A DNA stretch of 64,000 nucleotides from Candidatus Woesearchaeota archaeon (GCA_964481835.1 CAYZTT010000001.1:9964-73963); one strand, 5' to 3'. Shown: positions 29,869 through 39,873, counted from the stretch's first letter. The notes: a model not told the origin generated them from the sequence alone. A program made the numbers and translations.

Positions 29869-30486
29869 ATGTATTTCGGAAATGATTTAGATAATTGCTT
29901 AAAAGGCCCAGCCGGGCTGATTTTGATGTATGGCCCTTCGGCTAGTGGGAAGAGCACATTTGCTATGCAAAGCTCTTTAGAATTTGCTAAGAAAGGCCGG
30001 GTTTTATTTTTGGATACTGAAAAAAGTTTTGCCATAGATCGAATTAAACTTATGAATCCCAAATATGAAAGGCTATTAGAAAATATTATGGTTGTAAATA
30101 TAAAGAATTTCGAAGATCAGATCATAAAATTAAGGGATATTGAGAATTTGGTGGAGAAAGGAAATTTTAGTTACGTGGTGGTGGATAGTTTTGGAAATTT
30201 CTATAGGCACGCCTTGCATAACCAAGAATATTCAGATGTTAATGAGAAAGTAGTTTTAATGTTGAGAAACCTTAAACATGTTGTTGAAAGAGGGGTGCCC
30301 GTTTTGATAACGAACCAAGTTTATGAGACTAAAGAAGGCGGAATAAAGGCTATTGGCGGAACAATGATCCGTAATTTCTCAAATACCATAATTGAATTGG
30401 GTTTGGAGCCAAGGCAGATATTGGTTCATAAGCCTAATGAAGAAAAATTAGATTTTAAGATTGATAATTCAGGTCTTCTTCCCTGA
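29869..30486 (+). CDS. radB: RadB-like RecA-superfamily ATPase
   Basis: Walker A GPSASGKST, LFLDTE, Walker B-like YVVVDS, ~205 aa typical of RadB. Confidence 0.65.
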   Translation: MYFGNDLDNCLKGPAGLILMYGPSASGKSTFAMQSSLEFAKKGRVLFLDTEKSFAIDRIKLMNPKYERLLENIMVVNIKNFEDQIIKLRDIENLVEKGNFSYVVVDSFGNFYRHALHNQEYSDVNEKVVLMLRNLKHVVERGVPVLITNQVYETKEGGIKAIGGTMIRNFSNTIIELGLEPRQILVHKPNEEKLDFKIDNSGLLP

Positions 30487-32709
30487 TTTTTTAGTTGATT
30501 TCTTAGGAGATTCTGTTTTCTCTGTAAATCTGCATTTTGGATATTGATCGCATGCAATAAAAGAACCATATACCGATCTCCTCACTTTTAACGTTCCTTT
30601 CTCACATTTAGGGCACTTTTTTATTATTTTTCCAGATTCTATGCCCTCCATTTCTTTTATTTCTTTAGCAGAATAGTCTTCTAGTTTTGAAGGACATTTT
30701 GGATTAATACACACTGTTTGTGGCCCTCCTCTTTTTTTTATGATTTGGACCTTGGGCAGAGAACAAGAATCGCAGATTTCTTTTGTAGGTTTTACTAAAG
30801 TTTGGGGAATTGTAAATGTTGTTTTACAATCCGGATATTTGTTACAGGCTATGAATTGTCCAAATTTTCCTTTCCGTATTGATAAAATTCCTTCTTTACA
30901 ATTTGGGCATTTTCCTATTTCTGTTGCCTTTCTTTGTGTTTCTTTAGATGCCTCTACTAAATCTTCCCCTATCTTGCTTTCGTTTTGTTTGAATCCTTTA
31001 AGAATTTTTATTAAAGATTTTTTTGCTTTTTCAATTACCTTTTCTTTACTGTTTTTACCTTCTCTAATTTCTTCCATATCTTCTTCAAAAGTCCTGGTTA
31101 ATTTCTCGTCTATAATTTCTGGAGAATATTTTTTTAAAGTTTTGATAAGTTTTAGTCCTAAGTTTGTTGCTTCCAGGGGCTGATTTTGTATATAGTGTCT
31201 ATCGTAAAGGGTTTCAACTATTATTGCCCTTGTAGATTTCGTTCCTAAATTTCTCTTCTCTAGCTCTTTTAATATAGATGCCTGATTATACCTTTTTGAG
31301 GGTTGAGTTTCTTTTTCTTCTTCGTATATTTTATTGACTTTGATTTCTTCCCCTTCTTTCATTTCTGGAAGCTCCTCTTCCTTGAATTTTGCATATTTCC
31401 CGTAAAGGGTGTGCCAGCCAGGGTCTATTGTAGTAGTTCCGGTTAATCCAAATATTTCTTTATTTACACCGATATCGACTGAGATTGTTTGTCTTTTTGC
31501 TGGTTCTCCAAAAACGGCCAAGAATCTACGAACTATTAAATCATATAATCTCTCTTGCCTCCCTGATAATTTGGCAGGTTCTCCGGTTGGATAAATTGCC
31601 GGGTGTGCAGGATCACTCTTTTTTCCTTCATTTGGTTTTAATTTTTTATCTAATAATAATTTGCAAGAGGGAGAATATTCTTTTTGTTTTTGCAGCCCTT
31701 TCAATATCTTACCATAATTTATGGAGGGGGGTAATTTTTGAGATGATGTTCTTGGGTAAGAGATTAAACCTGCAATATATAACTCTTGAGCTATAGATGC
31801 TGTGTCTTTTGGAGTAAATTTTAGATGCCGGAAGGATTCTGTTTGTAATGTTGTTAAATCAAAGGGTGTTGGGGGGCTCTGATTTGAGGTTTTCTTTCTT
31901 ATTTGCTCTATTATTGCTTTTTTTCCTTTTGTATTTTTTAAAATATCAGAAACCTTTTTCTTATCAAAAATTTTATCTGCTTTGTGTTGTGCTAAAATAT
32001 TATTTTTCTTATACGTTCCATCTAAATATATTTCCCAGAAAGTTTCAGGTTTAAACCTTTGGATTTCTTCTTCTCGTTCCGCTATGATTTTAAGGGCTGG
32101 CCCCTGGACACGGCCAGTGGATAAAACTTGAAAATATCCTTGTGAACTTTTTATTGCCATAGTTAGTGCCTTTGTTAAATTAATACCATAGAACCAGTCG
32201 AGGTAATGTCTTACTACCCCTGCATTTACCATCCCCATTTCGAGAGTTTTGTCTGCATCCTTGTAAGATTTTTGAAGTTCATCTTTTGTAAGTGTAGAGA
32301 ACTTCATCCGTCTAGCGTTATCTTTACCTAGGCCATATTTTACTGTTGTGTACCCTATAACTGCCCCCTCGGTATCATAATCCGTTGCTACCGTCAATGT
32401 ATCTACTTTTTTTCCTAGTTGTTTAAGTGTTGTTAGATAAGATTTTGTGTATGCAGAGGCTTTGTTGATATCAGATTTGGGGATCCAATCAATATCAAAA
32501 GAAGGATAATCTGCCCATTTTGTTTTAATTTTTTCTGCTAAACCAAATAAATGGCCTACCGCACACCCTATAAATATATGATTGTCTCCGTGTTTAATCT
32601 CATAATAAACTGTTTTTCCTTTTTTGTGAGATATTGGTTTTGTGTCTGCTAGTGCTGTAGCTATCTTTAAAGCCGCTTGTGGTTTCTCTGTTATGATTAA
32701 TTCTGTCAT
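30469..32709 (-). CDS. topA: Type IA DNA topoisomerase (topoisomerase I/III) with C-terminal zinc ribbons
   Basis: Toprim domain MTELIITEKP, the catalytic Tyr region (LISYPRTSS), and three or four C4 zinc-ribbon repeats (CPNCKEG...CNKYPDC; CPKCEKG...CDQYPKC). Confidence 0.85.
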   Translation of the reverse strand: MTELIITEKPQAALKIATALADTKPISHKKGKTVYYEIKHGDNHIFIGCAVGHLFGLAEKIKTKWADYPSFDIDWIPKSDINKASAYTKSYLTTLKQLGKKVDTLTVATDYDTEGAVIGYTTVKYGLGKDNARRMKFSTLTKDELQKSYKDADKTLEMGMVNAGVVRHYLDWFYGINLTKALTMAIKSSQGYFQVLSTGRVQGPALKIIAEREEEIQRFKPETFWEIYLDGTYKKNNILAQHKADKIFDKKKVSDILKNTKGKKAIIEQIRKKTSNQSPPTPFDLTTLQTESFRHLKFTPKDTASIAQELYIAGLISYPRTSSQKLPPSINYGKILKGLQKQKEYSPSCKLLLDKKLKPNEGKKSDPAHPAIYPTGEPAKLSGRQERLYDLIVRRFLAVFGEPAKRQTISVDIGVNKEIFGLTGTTTIDPGWHTLYGKYAKFKEEELPEMKEGEEIKVNKIYEEEKETQPSKRYNQASILKELEKRNLGTKSTRAIIVETLYDRHYIQNQPLEATNLGLKLIKTLKKYSPEIIDEKLTRTFEEDMEEIREGKNSKEKVIEKAKKSLIKILKGFKQNESKIGEDLVEASKETQRKATEIGKCPNCKEGILSIRKGKFGQFIACNKYPDCKTTFTIPQTLVKPTKEICDSCSLPKVQIIKKRGGPQTVCINPKCPSKLEDYSAKEIKEMEGIESGKIIKKCPKCEKGTLKVRRSVYGSFIACDQYPKCRFTEKTESPKKSTKKSGKKT

Positions 32710-32791
32710 TGGAGAATGACTAAAGAGAGGTTTATTTAAAGGTTTTGATAAATTTAGGTAGAAATATCTACAAAAAAGAAATTAATTTTAT

Positions 32792-33043
32792 TTATACGTG
32801 GTTTTTTTGTCTTTCAAACTTTTCGGCATGCTCTTCACAGCAAAACCTGTATCGCTCGTCATCTATTTCCCTTTCCACTATATCTTCTCCTAGGACTTTG
32901 TCGCAATATGCACATACTGCAGGATTCGAATCGTCATCATAGCCTTGCATGAATCCTTCTTCATCTGCACTTATCTCATCTGCGTCTCTTAGTTCTTCTC
33001 GGTAATCTTCTTTATAGACGTTAGCTTCTTTATCTCCTTCCAT
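32792..33043 (-). CDS. Acidic TRASH/YHS-like zinc-ribbon domain protein, overlapping serS stop
   Basis: CAYCDK-x19-CCEEHAEKF resembles the TRASH C-x2-C-x19-22-C-x3-(C/H) metal-binding module. The protein is highly acidic. Confidence 0.35.
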   Translation of the reverse strand: MEGDKEANVYKEDYREELRDADEISADEEGFMQGYDDDSNPAVCAYCDKVLGEDIVEREIDDERYRFCCEEHAEKFERQKNHV

Positions 33044-34337
33044 TCTTCAATCCCCCGATTTTCTTTTTGTTGTTCATATACTTTCTTAAAGGTTTTGGAA
33101 TTGTAATCGTACCATCTTCGTTTTGAAAATTCTCTAGAATTGCGACCATTGCCCTGGATGTTGCGACCATTGTGTTGTTTAACATATGGCAAAATTTCTT
33201 TTCGTCTCCGTCGATATATTTCACATTTAAGGTTGCAGATTGATATTCCCCAGTATTACTTGCGGATGTAAGTTCTTGATATTCATTCTGCCTTGGAAAC
33301 CACCCTTCAATATCATATTGTTTGGTTTGTTTTCCCCCCATATCCCCGGAGCATATCTCGACGACGCGGAATGGAATTCCTAATTTTTTGAAAAATGCCT
33401 CTGTTATCGATTCCATCTCTTCAAGTAATCCATACGAGGATTCATGATCGGATATAACTACTTGTTCCACTTTGTTAAACTGGTGCATCCGGAATAGTCC
33501 TTTTGTGTCTACCCCTCTGGAGCCAATTTCTTTTCTAAAGCAAGGCGTTACAGTGCATATCTTGATAGGCAGATCTTTTTTGTTTAAAGTTTTATTAATG
33601 TACATAGAGACTAGGGGATGTTCCCCTGTGCCAATTAAATATAGGTCTTCTTTTTCTAATTTGTAGATAGTATCCTCGAAATCTTGGAGTGTTACCGTCC
33701 CTCCAAGTGTTTTACGGTTTAATGCCAATGGGGGTGAAACTAATTTGAACCCTTTGTCCAATAAGAAATCCACTCCAAATCGTTGTAATGCAAGGTCTAG
33801 TTCAGCCATTTCCCCTATAAGAAAATTGAATCCTTGCCCTGTGGATATTCTAGCAGCTTCAAAATTGGCTAATCCTGCTTTCTCGATTAGCTCGCTGTGG
33901 GATTTTAATTCAAATTTGAACTCTGGTTTTTTCCCTGAAAACCGGAAAGGTATATTGTCTTTTGCATCTTTTCCAGTCGGAACTTTTTCATGCAATACAT
34001 TTGGAATTCTTTCTAAATAGGATTCAATTTGCCCCATTAGTTCGGTCATCTCATTCTCGAGTAGACTTATTTTTTGGGGAACTTCCTTGGCTTGTTTTAA
34101 GATATTTTCATATGGTTTTTTCTCAGTTTTTAATTTCCTGATTTGTTCTGTAAGTTCATTCCTTTTGTGTCTAAGTTTATCCGTTTTTTGCTTTAATAGA
34201 CGCCATTTCTTATCTCTTTCAAGAATTAAATCCAACCACTCTATCTTCTCAGATTGATTCCTCTGGGTAAAAGACTCCTTTAATTTATCATAATTTTCTT
34301 TTATAAACCGGAGGTATAACATACTATAAAATTCCAA
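33030..34337 (-). CDS. serS: Seryl-tRNA synthetase
   Basis: An N-terminal coiled-coil arm and the class II motifs (FRKE region CFRKEIGS and GSRGVD), 435 aa. Confidence 0.9.
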   Translation of the reverse strand: MEFYSMLYLRFIKENYDKLKESFTQRNQSEKIEWLDLILERDKKWRLLKQKTDKLRHKRNELTEQIRKLKTEKKPYENILKQAKEVPQKISLLENEMTELMGQIESYLERIPNVLHEKVPTGKDAKDNIPFRFSGKKPEFKFELKSHSELIEKAGLANFEAARISTGQGFNFLIGEMAELDLALQRFGVDFLLDKGFKLVSPPLALNRKTLGGTVTLQDFEDTIYKLEKEDLYLIGTGEHPLVSMYINKTLNKKDLPIKICTVTPCFRKEIGSRGVDTKGLFRMHQFNKVEQVVISDHESSYGLLEEMESITEAFFKKLGIPFRVVEICSGDMGGKQTKQYDIEGWFPRQNEYQELTSASNTGEYQSATLNVKYIDGDEKKFCHMLNNTMVATSRAMVAILENFQNEDGTITIPKPLRKYMNNKKKIGGLKNGRR

Positions 34338-34455
34338 AAAAATAGTTATATAAATGTTTTGTTACCCCTAGATTACATGACTCATTTTGAAATAGATACT
34401 AAAAAACATAAACATTTAAAAATAGATAATAAGTTATACATTTGAGGGGTTAATC

Positions 34456-34725
34456 GTGAATAAGAAAGATATGTTCGAAGTTTTTTTCAGGCGAAAACCA
34501 GCCATGATACTTGTGGCCTTGAGGAATAGTTCTAAAAATCGTTATGGATCTGTTTTGGCAAAAGAAGTAGATTGTACTTATTCTCACGCTGTTAAAATAC
34601 TCCAAGAGATGGAAAAAAATAAGCTTGTTTTATTCGAGAAGAAAGGAAGAATAAAGACTATTCAGCTAACTGAATCTGGTGAACAGGTTGCAGACCATAT
34701 AGAAAGAATAAGAAATATTTTATAA
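34456..34725 (+). CDS. Small winged-helix transcriptional regulator
   Basis: 89 aa. RYGSVLAKEVDCTYSHAVKILQEMEKNKLV is HTH-like. Confidence 0.45.
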   Translation: MNKKDMFEVFFRRKPAMILVALRNSSKNRYGSVLAKEVDCTYSHAVKILQEMEKNKLVLFEKKGRIKTIQLTESGEQVADHIERIRNIL

Positions 34726-35030
34726 TGACTTTTTCTAAAAGTTTCCCACGGACAACGGAAAAAAGTACTTACCCTGTTTGGGAAGAGATTTATTTGAGTG
34801 AAGAAGAGGAAAAAGATGCAGATTTAGAAACTAAAACTGATTCTATATCTTTGATGAGAGAATGCATTGAAGACGCTAAGAAAATAATTTTAGACAAAGG
34901 CTTGAAAGATTATCAGAGTGATGTTATTTCTATGGCCATTTCTTTGTTTGAGAAAAGAGCTAGCCATTCTGTATATAGGAAAGAGCAGAAAGCTAAAGAA
35001 AAGTTTGATGAGAAATTTGGACTTAACTAA
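34725..35030 (+). CDS. Hypothetical protein
   Basis: 101 aa, charged, no motif. Its start overlaps the upstream stop. Confidence 0.3.
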   Translation: MTFSKSFPRTTEKSTYPVWEEIYLSEEEEKDADLETKTDSISLMRECIEDAKKIILDKGLKDYQSDVISMAISLFEKRASHSVYRKEQKAKEKFDEKFGLN

Positions 35031-35250
35031 TTTTTTTCTTACTATCTATAATAAAATGTAATATTAAGGGCATCACTAACACGGGCATTATTGCCAAAGC
35101 GATTGAAAAGTAACCAACAATCCACCCCCCGGATACATTAAAGACTTCTTTAAGTATTATTGGGAGCAATGTTACGGCAATCCCTCCTGCAACTATGAGT
35201 ATTACTGTTGTGATCGCAATTTTTAACCCGTATCGTGTTGTTTCTTTCAT
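35023..35250 (-). CDS. Small membrane protein (2 TM)
   Basis: 75 aa, hydrophobic. Confidence 0.3.
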   Translation of the reverse strand: MKETTRYGLKIAITTVILIVAGGIAVTLLPIILKEVFNVSGGWIVGYFSIALAIMPVLVMPLILHFIIDSKKKIS

Positions 35251-35262
35251 TTAAAATAAATA

Positions 35263-35337
35263 TGGGCCCGATGGGATTTGAACCCACGACCCCCTGGTTA
35301 AGAGCCAGGTGCTACCACCAAACTGAGCTACGGACCC
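35263..35337 (-). tRNA. tRNA-Lys (anticodon CTT)
   Basis: The reverse complement is GGGTCCGTAGCTCAGTTTGGTGGTAGCACCTGGCTCTTAACCAGGGGGTCGTGGGTTCAAATCCCATCGGGCCCA. It folds into a cloverleaf with a 7-bp acceptor stem, a 5-bp anticodon stem with loop CTCTTAA, and a GTTCAAATC T-loop. There is no intron and no encoded CCA. Confidence 0.85.
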
Positions 35338-35377
35338 AATAAGAAAAAGAGCTAAAACTCAATTTAAAAAACTTTTG

Positions 35378-36136
35378 TTACACATTATTTGCGACTAACC
35401 ACATAAATAACATGTAACAGATAAATAAGAAGAAAATTATATTTGCGATCCAGACTAGTTTTTCCTTCCCCGGTATGAATGCGTGCAATAATACCAAAAC
35501 TAGGGATATGGCAAGTGCAAGAGATATAATCAAAACCTGGTTGTCTCCAATATTCTGATATATGTGTTCTTTCATATCACTACAGTCTTCTTGTAAACAA
35601 TATCCTCGGAGTTCGTCCCCAGTATTTGGATCTGTGATTGTATATCCTACCATTGCCTGTATGTAGAAGAATACGCCAAGAGACAATGCCATGACTGCAG
35701 AAATTAAGATGAATACGCCAACATAGATTAATACCTTCTTGTAGTTGAAGGACATTTTTGGTTTGAATTCTGATTTGGATTTTTCTTGTTTTTTTGTTTC
35801 AGAAAAAGTTTTCTTTTCACTTGCGGGCTTGTTTGCATTCTGGAATGCGATATCAATCTTTTCCTTGGGCCAGTTTTTTGAAGCAAGGGCCTGTCTGATT
35901 TTAGATTCGGGGATTCCTTTTGCTAATGCTCCATTGATAAATGTCAATAGTGTTTTATCTGGGGCCTCACCGGTTGATTTTACTTCTTCAGCTGGTTTTT
36001 TTTCGAGGGCGCCAAATGCCTCATTGATCTCCACATTAGACCAGCCATTTTCTTTGAGAATTTTTTCAAGCTCAGGTTTTTTATAACCCTTTTTTAACCC
36101 GTCTTTAATGTAATCTGCTAAACTTTGATCTACCAT
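35378..36136 (-). CDS. Membrane protein with two N-terminal ~35-aa helical repeats and C-terminal TM helices
   Basis: The repeats are KKGYKKPELEKILKENGWSNVEINEAF and AKGIPESKIRQALASKNWPKEKIDIAF. The C-terminal half has 3 TM helices. Confidence 0.35.
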   Translation of the reverse strand: MVDQSLADYIKDGLKKGYKKPELEKILKENGWSNVEINEAFGALEKKPAEEVKSTGEAPDKTLLTFINGALAKGIPESKIRQALASKNWPKEKIDIAFQNANKPASEKKTFSETKKQEKSKSEFKPKMSFNYKKVLIYVGVFILISAVMALSLGVFFYIQAMVGYTITDPNTGDELRGYCLQEDCSDMKEHIYQNIGDNQVLIISLALAISLVLVLLHAFIPGKEKLVWIANIIFFLFICYMLFMWLVANNV

Positions 36137-36243
36137 TAAATCATTTTCTAGATTTTAGATTTATATAGTTTACTATTCACTAAAGAATCATAACTTAGAA
36201 AAAATAGAAAGTTATTTAAAGAATTTTAAAGGGGAAGAAGTAT

Positions 36244-36948
36244 ATGAAGATAGATTTGAAAAAGAAACCACAGAACGTTACAATTGTTGGGGGATTTCCT
36301 GGCTTTGGTTTGGTTGGAACGATTTCTTCTGAGTATTTGATAGACCATTTACAAGCAGAAAAAATAGGCTCAATATGGTTTTCGGAGATGACTCCAATGC
36401 TAGCAATTCACGAAAGTAAAGTTGTGGAGCCTTTTGGAGTATTTTATAGTAAAAAGTACAATTTAGTTATCTTACATGCAATCACAAATGTTGCGGGAAT
36501 GGAATGGAAAATCGCAGTAGCAGTGGGAGAATTATATAAAAAATTGAAAGCCAAGGAAATAATCTGCATTGAAGGTGTAGGGAGTGTAGGCGGAAAGGGT
36601 GGAGAAGATTATTATTATTACACTAATAAAAAAATAAAAAAATGGGAAGCTACTGGAGTTAAGAAATTGAAAGAAGGAGTGGTTGTTGGGCCAACTGCTA
36701 GTTTGATGTTGAAGCTAGATAACATCCCCATTTCATGTGTGTTTGCGGAGACCGCATCTAAGTTGCCGGATAGCAGAGCTGCAGCGTTAACTATCAAGGC
36801 CTTGGATACTTATCTTGGATTAAAGGTAGATTATCAGCCACTTTTGAAGAAGGCAGAAGAATTTGAAGGAAAGCTGAAGAAGATCTTGGAAGGAACTAAG
36901 AAGGCTAAGCAGGTCAAGGATAAAAAAGACGTTACATACATGGGTTAA
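36244..36948 (+). CDS. PAC2-family (proteasome assembly chaperone-like, COG1938) protein
   Basis: IVGGFPGFGLVG N-terminal motif and ~230 aa length, as in archaeal PAC2-family proteins. Confidence 0.5.
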   Translation: MKIDLKKKPQNVTIVGGFPGFGLVGTISSEYLIDHLQAEKIGSIWFSEMTPMLAIHESKVVEPFGVFYSKKYNLVILHAITNVAGMEWKIAVAVGELYKKLKAKEIICIEGVGSVGGKGGEDYYYYTNKKIKKWEATGVKKLKEGVVVGPTASLMLKLDNIPISCVFAETASKLPDSRAAALTIKALDTYLGLKVDYQPLLKKAEEFEGKLKKILEGTKKAKQVKDKKDVTYMG

Positions 36949-36978
36949 GTTTATATATTCTTTAGGATTTACTTTTTT

Positions 36979-37389
36979 ATGTCATTTGATAATTTAGCAA
37001 AGGTAAGGATTATCCCGGGAATAAGCATATTTGTTGCCAGTTTTATAGTAATATTTATTGCATTATCTTTGCTCGATACATTGACAAATAAATACCTTTT
37101 GAGTATAATCTATTCGTTTTTAGTATTGGTCTTGATTAAGATTTTATTAATCTATAATGGATTAAATAAGATTCCTGCTAGCTTGACAGGGAGTAACATG
37201 ATCCGATATAGTATGCTTTGCCATAGCTGCAATTGGGAGTGGATGTCAAACACAACTGACAAAGAAAGTCCAACTAAATGTCCAAATTGTGGAGAAAGAT
37301 CCAAGTTAGAGTTAGTAGGCTATAGGAAAGTCCAGAAACTCCCGAAGAAGAGTGAGAAGGATCTTACTAGTTTTTTTACAGAAAAATAA
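36979..37389 (+). CDS. Membrane protein with C-terminal zinc ribbon
   Basis: Two TM helices followed by CHSCNWEW...CPNCGE. Confidence 0.35.
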   Translation: MSFDNLAKVRIIPGISIFVASFIVIFIALSLLDTLTNKYLLSIIYSFLVLVLIKILLIYNGLNKIPASLTGSNMIRYSMLCHSCNWEWMSNTTDKESPTKCPNCGERSKLELVGYRKVQKLPKKSEKDLTSFFTEK

Positions 37390-37408
37390 AAAATAAAAGA
37401 ATAAAGGT

Positions 37409-37621
37409 TTACTTTTTTTTCTTTTTGACAGCTTTTTTCTTAGTTGTTTTTTTCTTTACAGCCTTCTTTTTGGCTGCTGGCTTTTTCTTAGCGGCTTTTT
37501 TCTTTTTTCCGCCTCTAGCCATTTTAGCCTCACAAACATTACCTTTTCCATCTACATAATAAAGGTAACCTGGCTTTCTTGTAACAACATTTTTAGCAAC
37601 GACCTTCCCCAATAAATTCAC
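37409..37621 (-). CDS. Small basic protein with histone-H1-like Lys/Ala-rich tail (candidate nucleoid-associated protein)
   Basis: 70 aa. The N-terminal 35 aa is beta-rich (VVTRKPGYLYYVDGKGNVCEA). The C-terminus is GGKKKKAAKKKPAAKKKAVKKKTTKKKAVKKKKK. Confidence 0.4.
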   Translation of the reverse strand: MNLLGKVVAKNVVTRKPGYLYYVDGKGNVCEAKMARGGKKKKAAKKKPAAKKKAVKKKTTKKKAVKKKKK

Positions 37622-37689
37622 CTCCTTGAAACATGATATCTAAATTTTGATTATATAGTATTTAAATATTTCCATTTGTCGACGACGAA

Positions 37690-38283
37690 TCAAGTATTTT
37701 CGTCTCTAGCGGATAGTGCTCGAGTCATAGAGTAAACTACTCTCAGAATTAATTCTAAAGCAAAGACGAAGACAAAATAGTAGATTAGGATGTCCAACAG
37801 CGAGGGTACTTGCATAATTAATGACCATGACTGCGTCCAATCAAATGCGGTTATCCCGTCTGTAAGGAAAACTGCCAATAAAGCAAAGGGGACTAGTTTG
37901 GCTATATCTTTGGCTAAATCCTGGTGGTAATATGAAGCAATTCTGATGGCAGCGATCATTGCCATGGAAATCAGCAGTATATTGGAGACTATTGCATCCG
38001 GACTTTGCGCCATGAATATCGCTGCGAATGCTACGAACCATACCATCAAAAATAATGGAAAAAATAGTAAATATTCTAATATATATAGGAGAAGTGCAAA
38101 AAATTTGAATAGGAATGCGTGCTCAACATGGTTATATTGACCCAGGTTTAAATTGAATATATCTCTCGTAGCTACAAATTTATAGAGATTGTATACTATT
38201 ATTGCATATACTGCTAAACCCACTATAAATAAAATTAGGGGCCTTAGAATCTCATATGCTCCCCCTGGAGATAGTTGTATCAT
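37690..38283 (-). CDS. Polytopic membrane protein (hypothetical)
   Basis: 197 aa with 5-6 TM helices. Confidence 0.35.
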   Translation of the reverse strand: MIQLSPGGAYEILRPLILFIVGLAVYAIIVYNLYKFVATRDIFNLNLGQYNHVEHAFLFKFFALLLYILEYLLFFPLFLMVWFVAFAAIFMAQSPDAIVSNILLISMAMIAAIRIASYYHQDLAKDIAKLVPFALLAVFLTDGITAFDWTQSWSLIMQVPSLLDILIYYFVFVFALELILRVVYSMTRALSARDENT

Positions 38284-38420
38284 ATTTTTATATTCTTGTT
38301 AGTAAGTTTATAAAATTTTTGTTGAACTACTTTTAGTCTTTGATAGAATTATTTTATAATAAATATTATTGTATATTCTTAGAACTTTTAGGGACAGTAT
38401 ATTTTGTTATTGCTTAAAGG

Positions 38421-38972
38421 TTATAAACTCAAATAAACTCGTTTTTCATCAAATGGGCCTTTCTCATCTGGACCAATATCCTCATATATTCTTTTTAATT
38501 GATATGCTATCCTATCCGCCAAATTTACTAAGGGATATAGTCTATCTCCGTCCTTTTCTTGTCTGAATCTCCGTCGGGAAAGCTCTGTATGGAACATTTC
38601 CCCCACTAAAGGAACAAGATCTTCTAGAAGGGGGGATCTTTGGTCGCGCCCGTCTATAATTATGGAAGTTCGGGCGATGTCTATCTGGCCAGATAATCCT
38701 TCTATAAGCTGGGCAATAGTTGGCACCCTTCCGCTCATTCGGCCTATCTTTCTAAAATGCTCTTCGCCCAGAACCATGAACCTAAAATCCTGTGGCCCAG
38801 AAAGGGTTGTGGCGATATCTACTTGTTTTCTTTGTTTTCCAAGCATTTCTTGTGCTTTTCTTACATCTCTTGGGTTTGTAGAAAGTGTGGCAACATATAT
38901 CTCTGGGATTGCCCCATGGTTCGATTCATCTATCCCTATCCAATACCCTATATTTGTTGCTATGGAAGTCAC
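38421..38972 (-). CDS. Hypothetical protein with RNase-H-like N-terminal signature (GIDESNHG), GC-elevated
   Basis: WIGIDESNHGAIPEIYV resembles the RNase HII GIDEAGRG start. A second acidic cluster IIIDGRDQ is present. It sits directly downstream of the tyrosine recombinase. Confidence 0.3.
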   Translation of the reverse strand: MTSIATNIGYWIGIDESNHGAIPEIYVATLSTNPRDVRKAQEMLGKQRKQVDIATTLSGPQDFRFMVLGEEHFRKIGRMSGRVPTIAQLIEGLSGQIDIARTSIIIDGRDQRSPLLEDLVPLVGEMFHTELSRRRFRQEKDGDRLYPLVNLADRIAYQLKRIYEDIGPDEKGPFDEKRVYLSL

Positions 38973-39027
38973 CCCTTCAAGTAATTGGTGTTAGGAGAAA
39001 TTTATAAGCATTTATTGATTAGAACTG

Positions 39028-39873
39028 TTATTCTTCAATATCGTCAAGGACATTTCTCACTTTTTTTAGTTGCTCTTTTGATACATGCGTGTAAATTTGA
39101 GTAGTAGACAGATCCGAATGGCCAAGTAACTCCTGAATTATTCGTATATCTACTCCTGCATCTAGATTGTGGGTGGCAAAGGAGTGCCTTAGTTTGTGTG
39201 CAGTCACCTTTTTGCTTATTTTTGCCAATTTTGCGGTATTTGATATTATTTTTTGAACATTTCTTGCCGAAAGGTGATCTTTTTTCCCAGGAAAGAGATA
39301 TTGTTCTCTTTCGTCTATTGTTTGTATATATTTCTTAATTTCATGTGTTAGTTTCTCTGATAAGAAAAATGCCCTATCTTTTCCGCCTTTTCCAGATCTG
39401 ACCCACCCCATGCCATTTTCTAATTCAATATCCATGATCTTTAGGTTTACACATTCACTCACCCTCAACCCAGTGGAGTATAGTAGTCTCATAATCAATA
39501 GGGATTTTTTTGAAGGAGCTCTTTCAAACAATCTCCTTACTTCTTCTTTTGTTAGGAATATCGGTATTGACTTGGGGATTTTTGGAGTTTTTAGATTTAC
39601 TATACTCATCCCCATAACTTCATGGAAAAAGAACTTTAATGCCGCCTTCTTTACTGCGATGGATCTGGGAGCATGATCTGAGTCGGAAACTAAATATGCA
39701 AAATATTCTTTGATATCTTCTTCAAGAATTTGGGGAGGATGCCTATCTTCAGGAAGATTCTTATTTACATGATTTAGAAAAAGTTTGACATTTTGGACAT
39801 ATGATTCTCTTGTTCTTTGAGAGAACCCCCTTAATTTCATTTCAGTAACTAGCCTTTTTAGACAAATCCCCAT
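39028..39873 (-). CDS. Tyrosine site-specific recombinase (XerA/XerC/D-like integrase)
   Basis: N-terminal SAM-like core-binding domain. The catalytic residues are R (GLRVSE), K, HxxR (HKLRHSFAT), R and Y (LGHSDLSTTQIYTHV). 281 aa. Confidence 0.85.
   Translation of the reverse strand: MGICLKRLVTEMKLRGFSQRTRESYVQNVKLFLNHVNKNLPEDRHPPQILEEDIKEYFAYLVSDSDHAPRSIAVKKAALKFFFHEVMGMSIVNLKTPKIPKSIPIFLTKEEVRRLFERAPSKKSLLIMRLLYSTGLRVSECVNLKIMDIELENGMGWVRSGKGGKDRAFFLSEKLTHEIKKYIQTIDEREQYLFPGKKDHLSARNVQKIISNTAKLAKISKKVTAHKLRHSFATHNLDAGVDIRIIQELLGHSDLSTTQIYTHVSKEQLKKVRNVLDDIEE

Noticed and set aside
35263-39873. tRNA-Lys as the attachment site for the tyrosine recombinase at 39028-39873.
   Set aside because: The tRNA 3' end points away from the recombinase. 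The intervening ~3.7 kb encodes host-like AT-rich genes (PAC2-family and membrane proteins). No repeat of the tRNA 3' segment was seen near the GC-rich block by eye.
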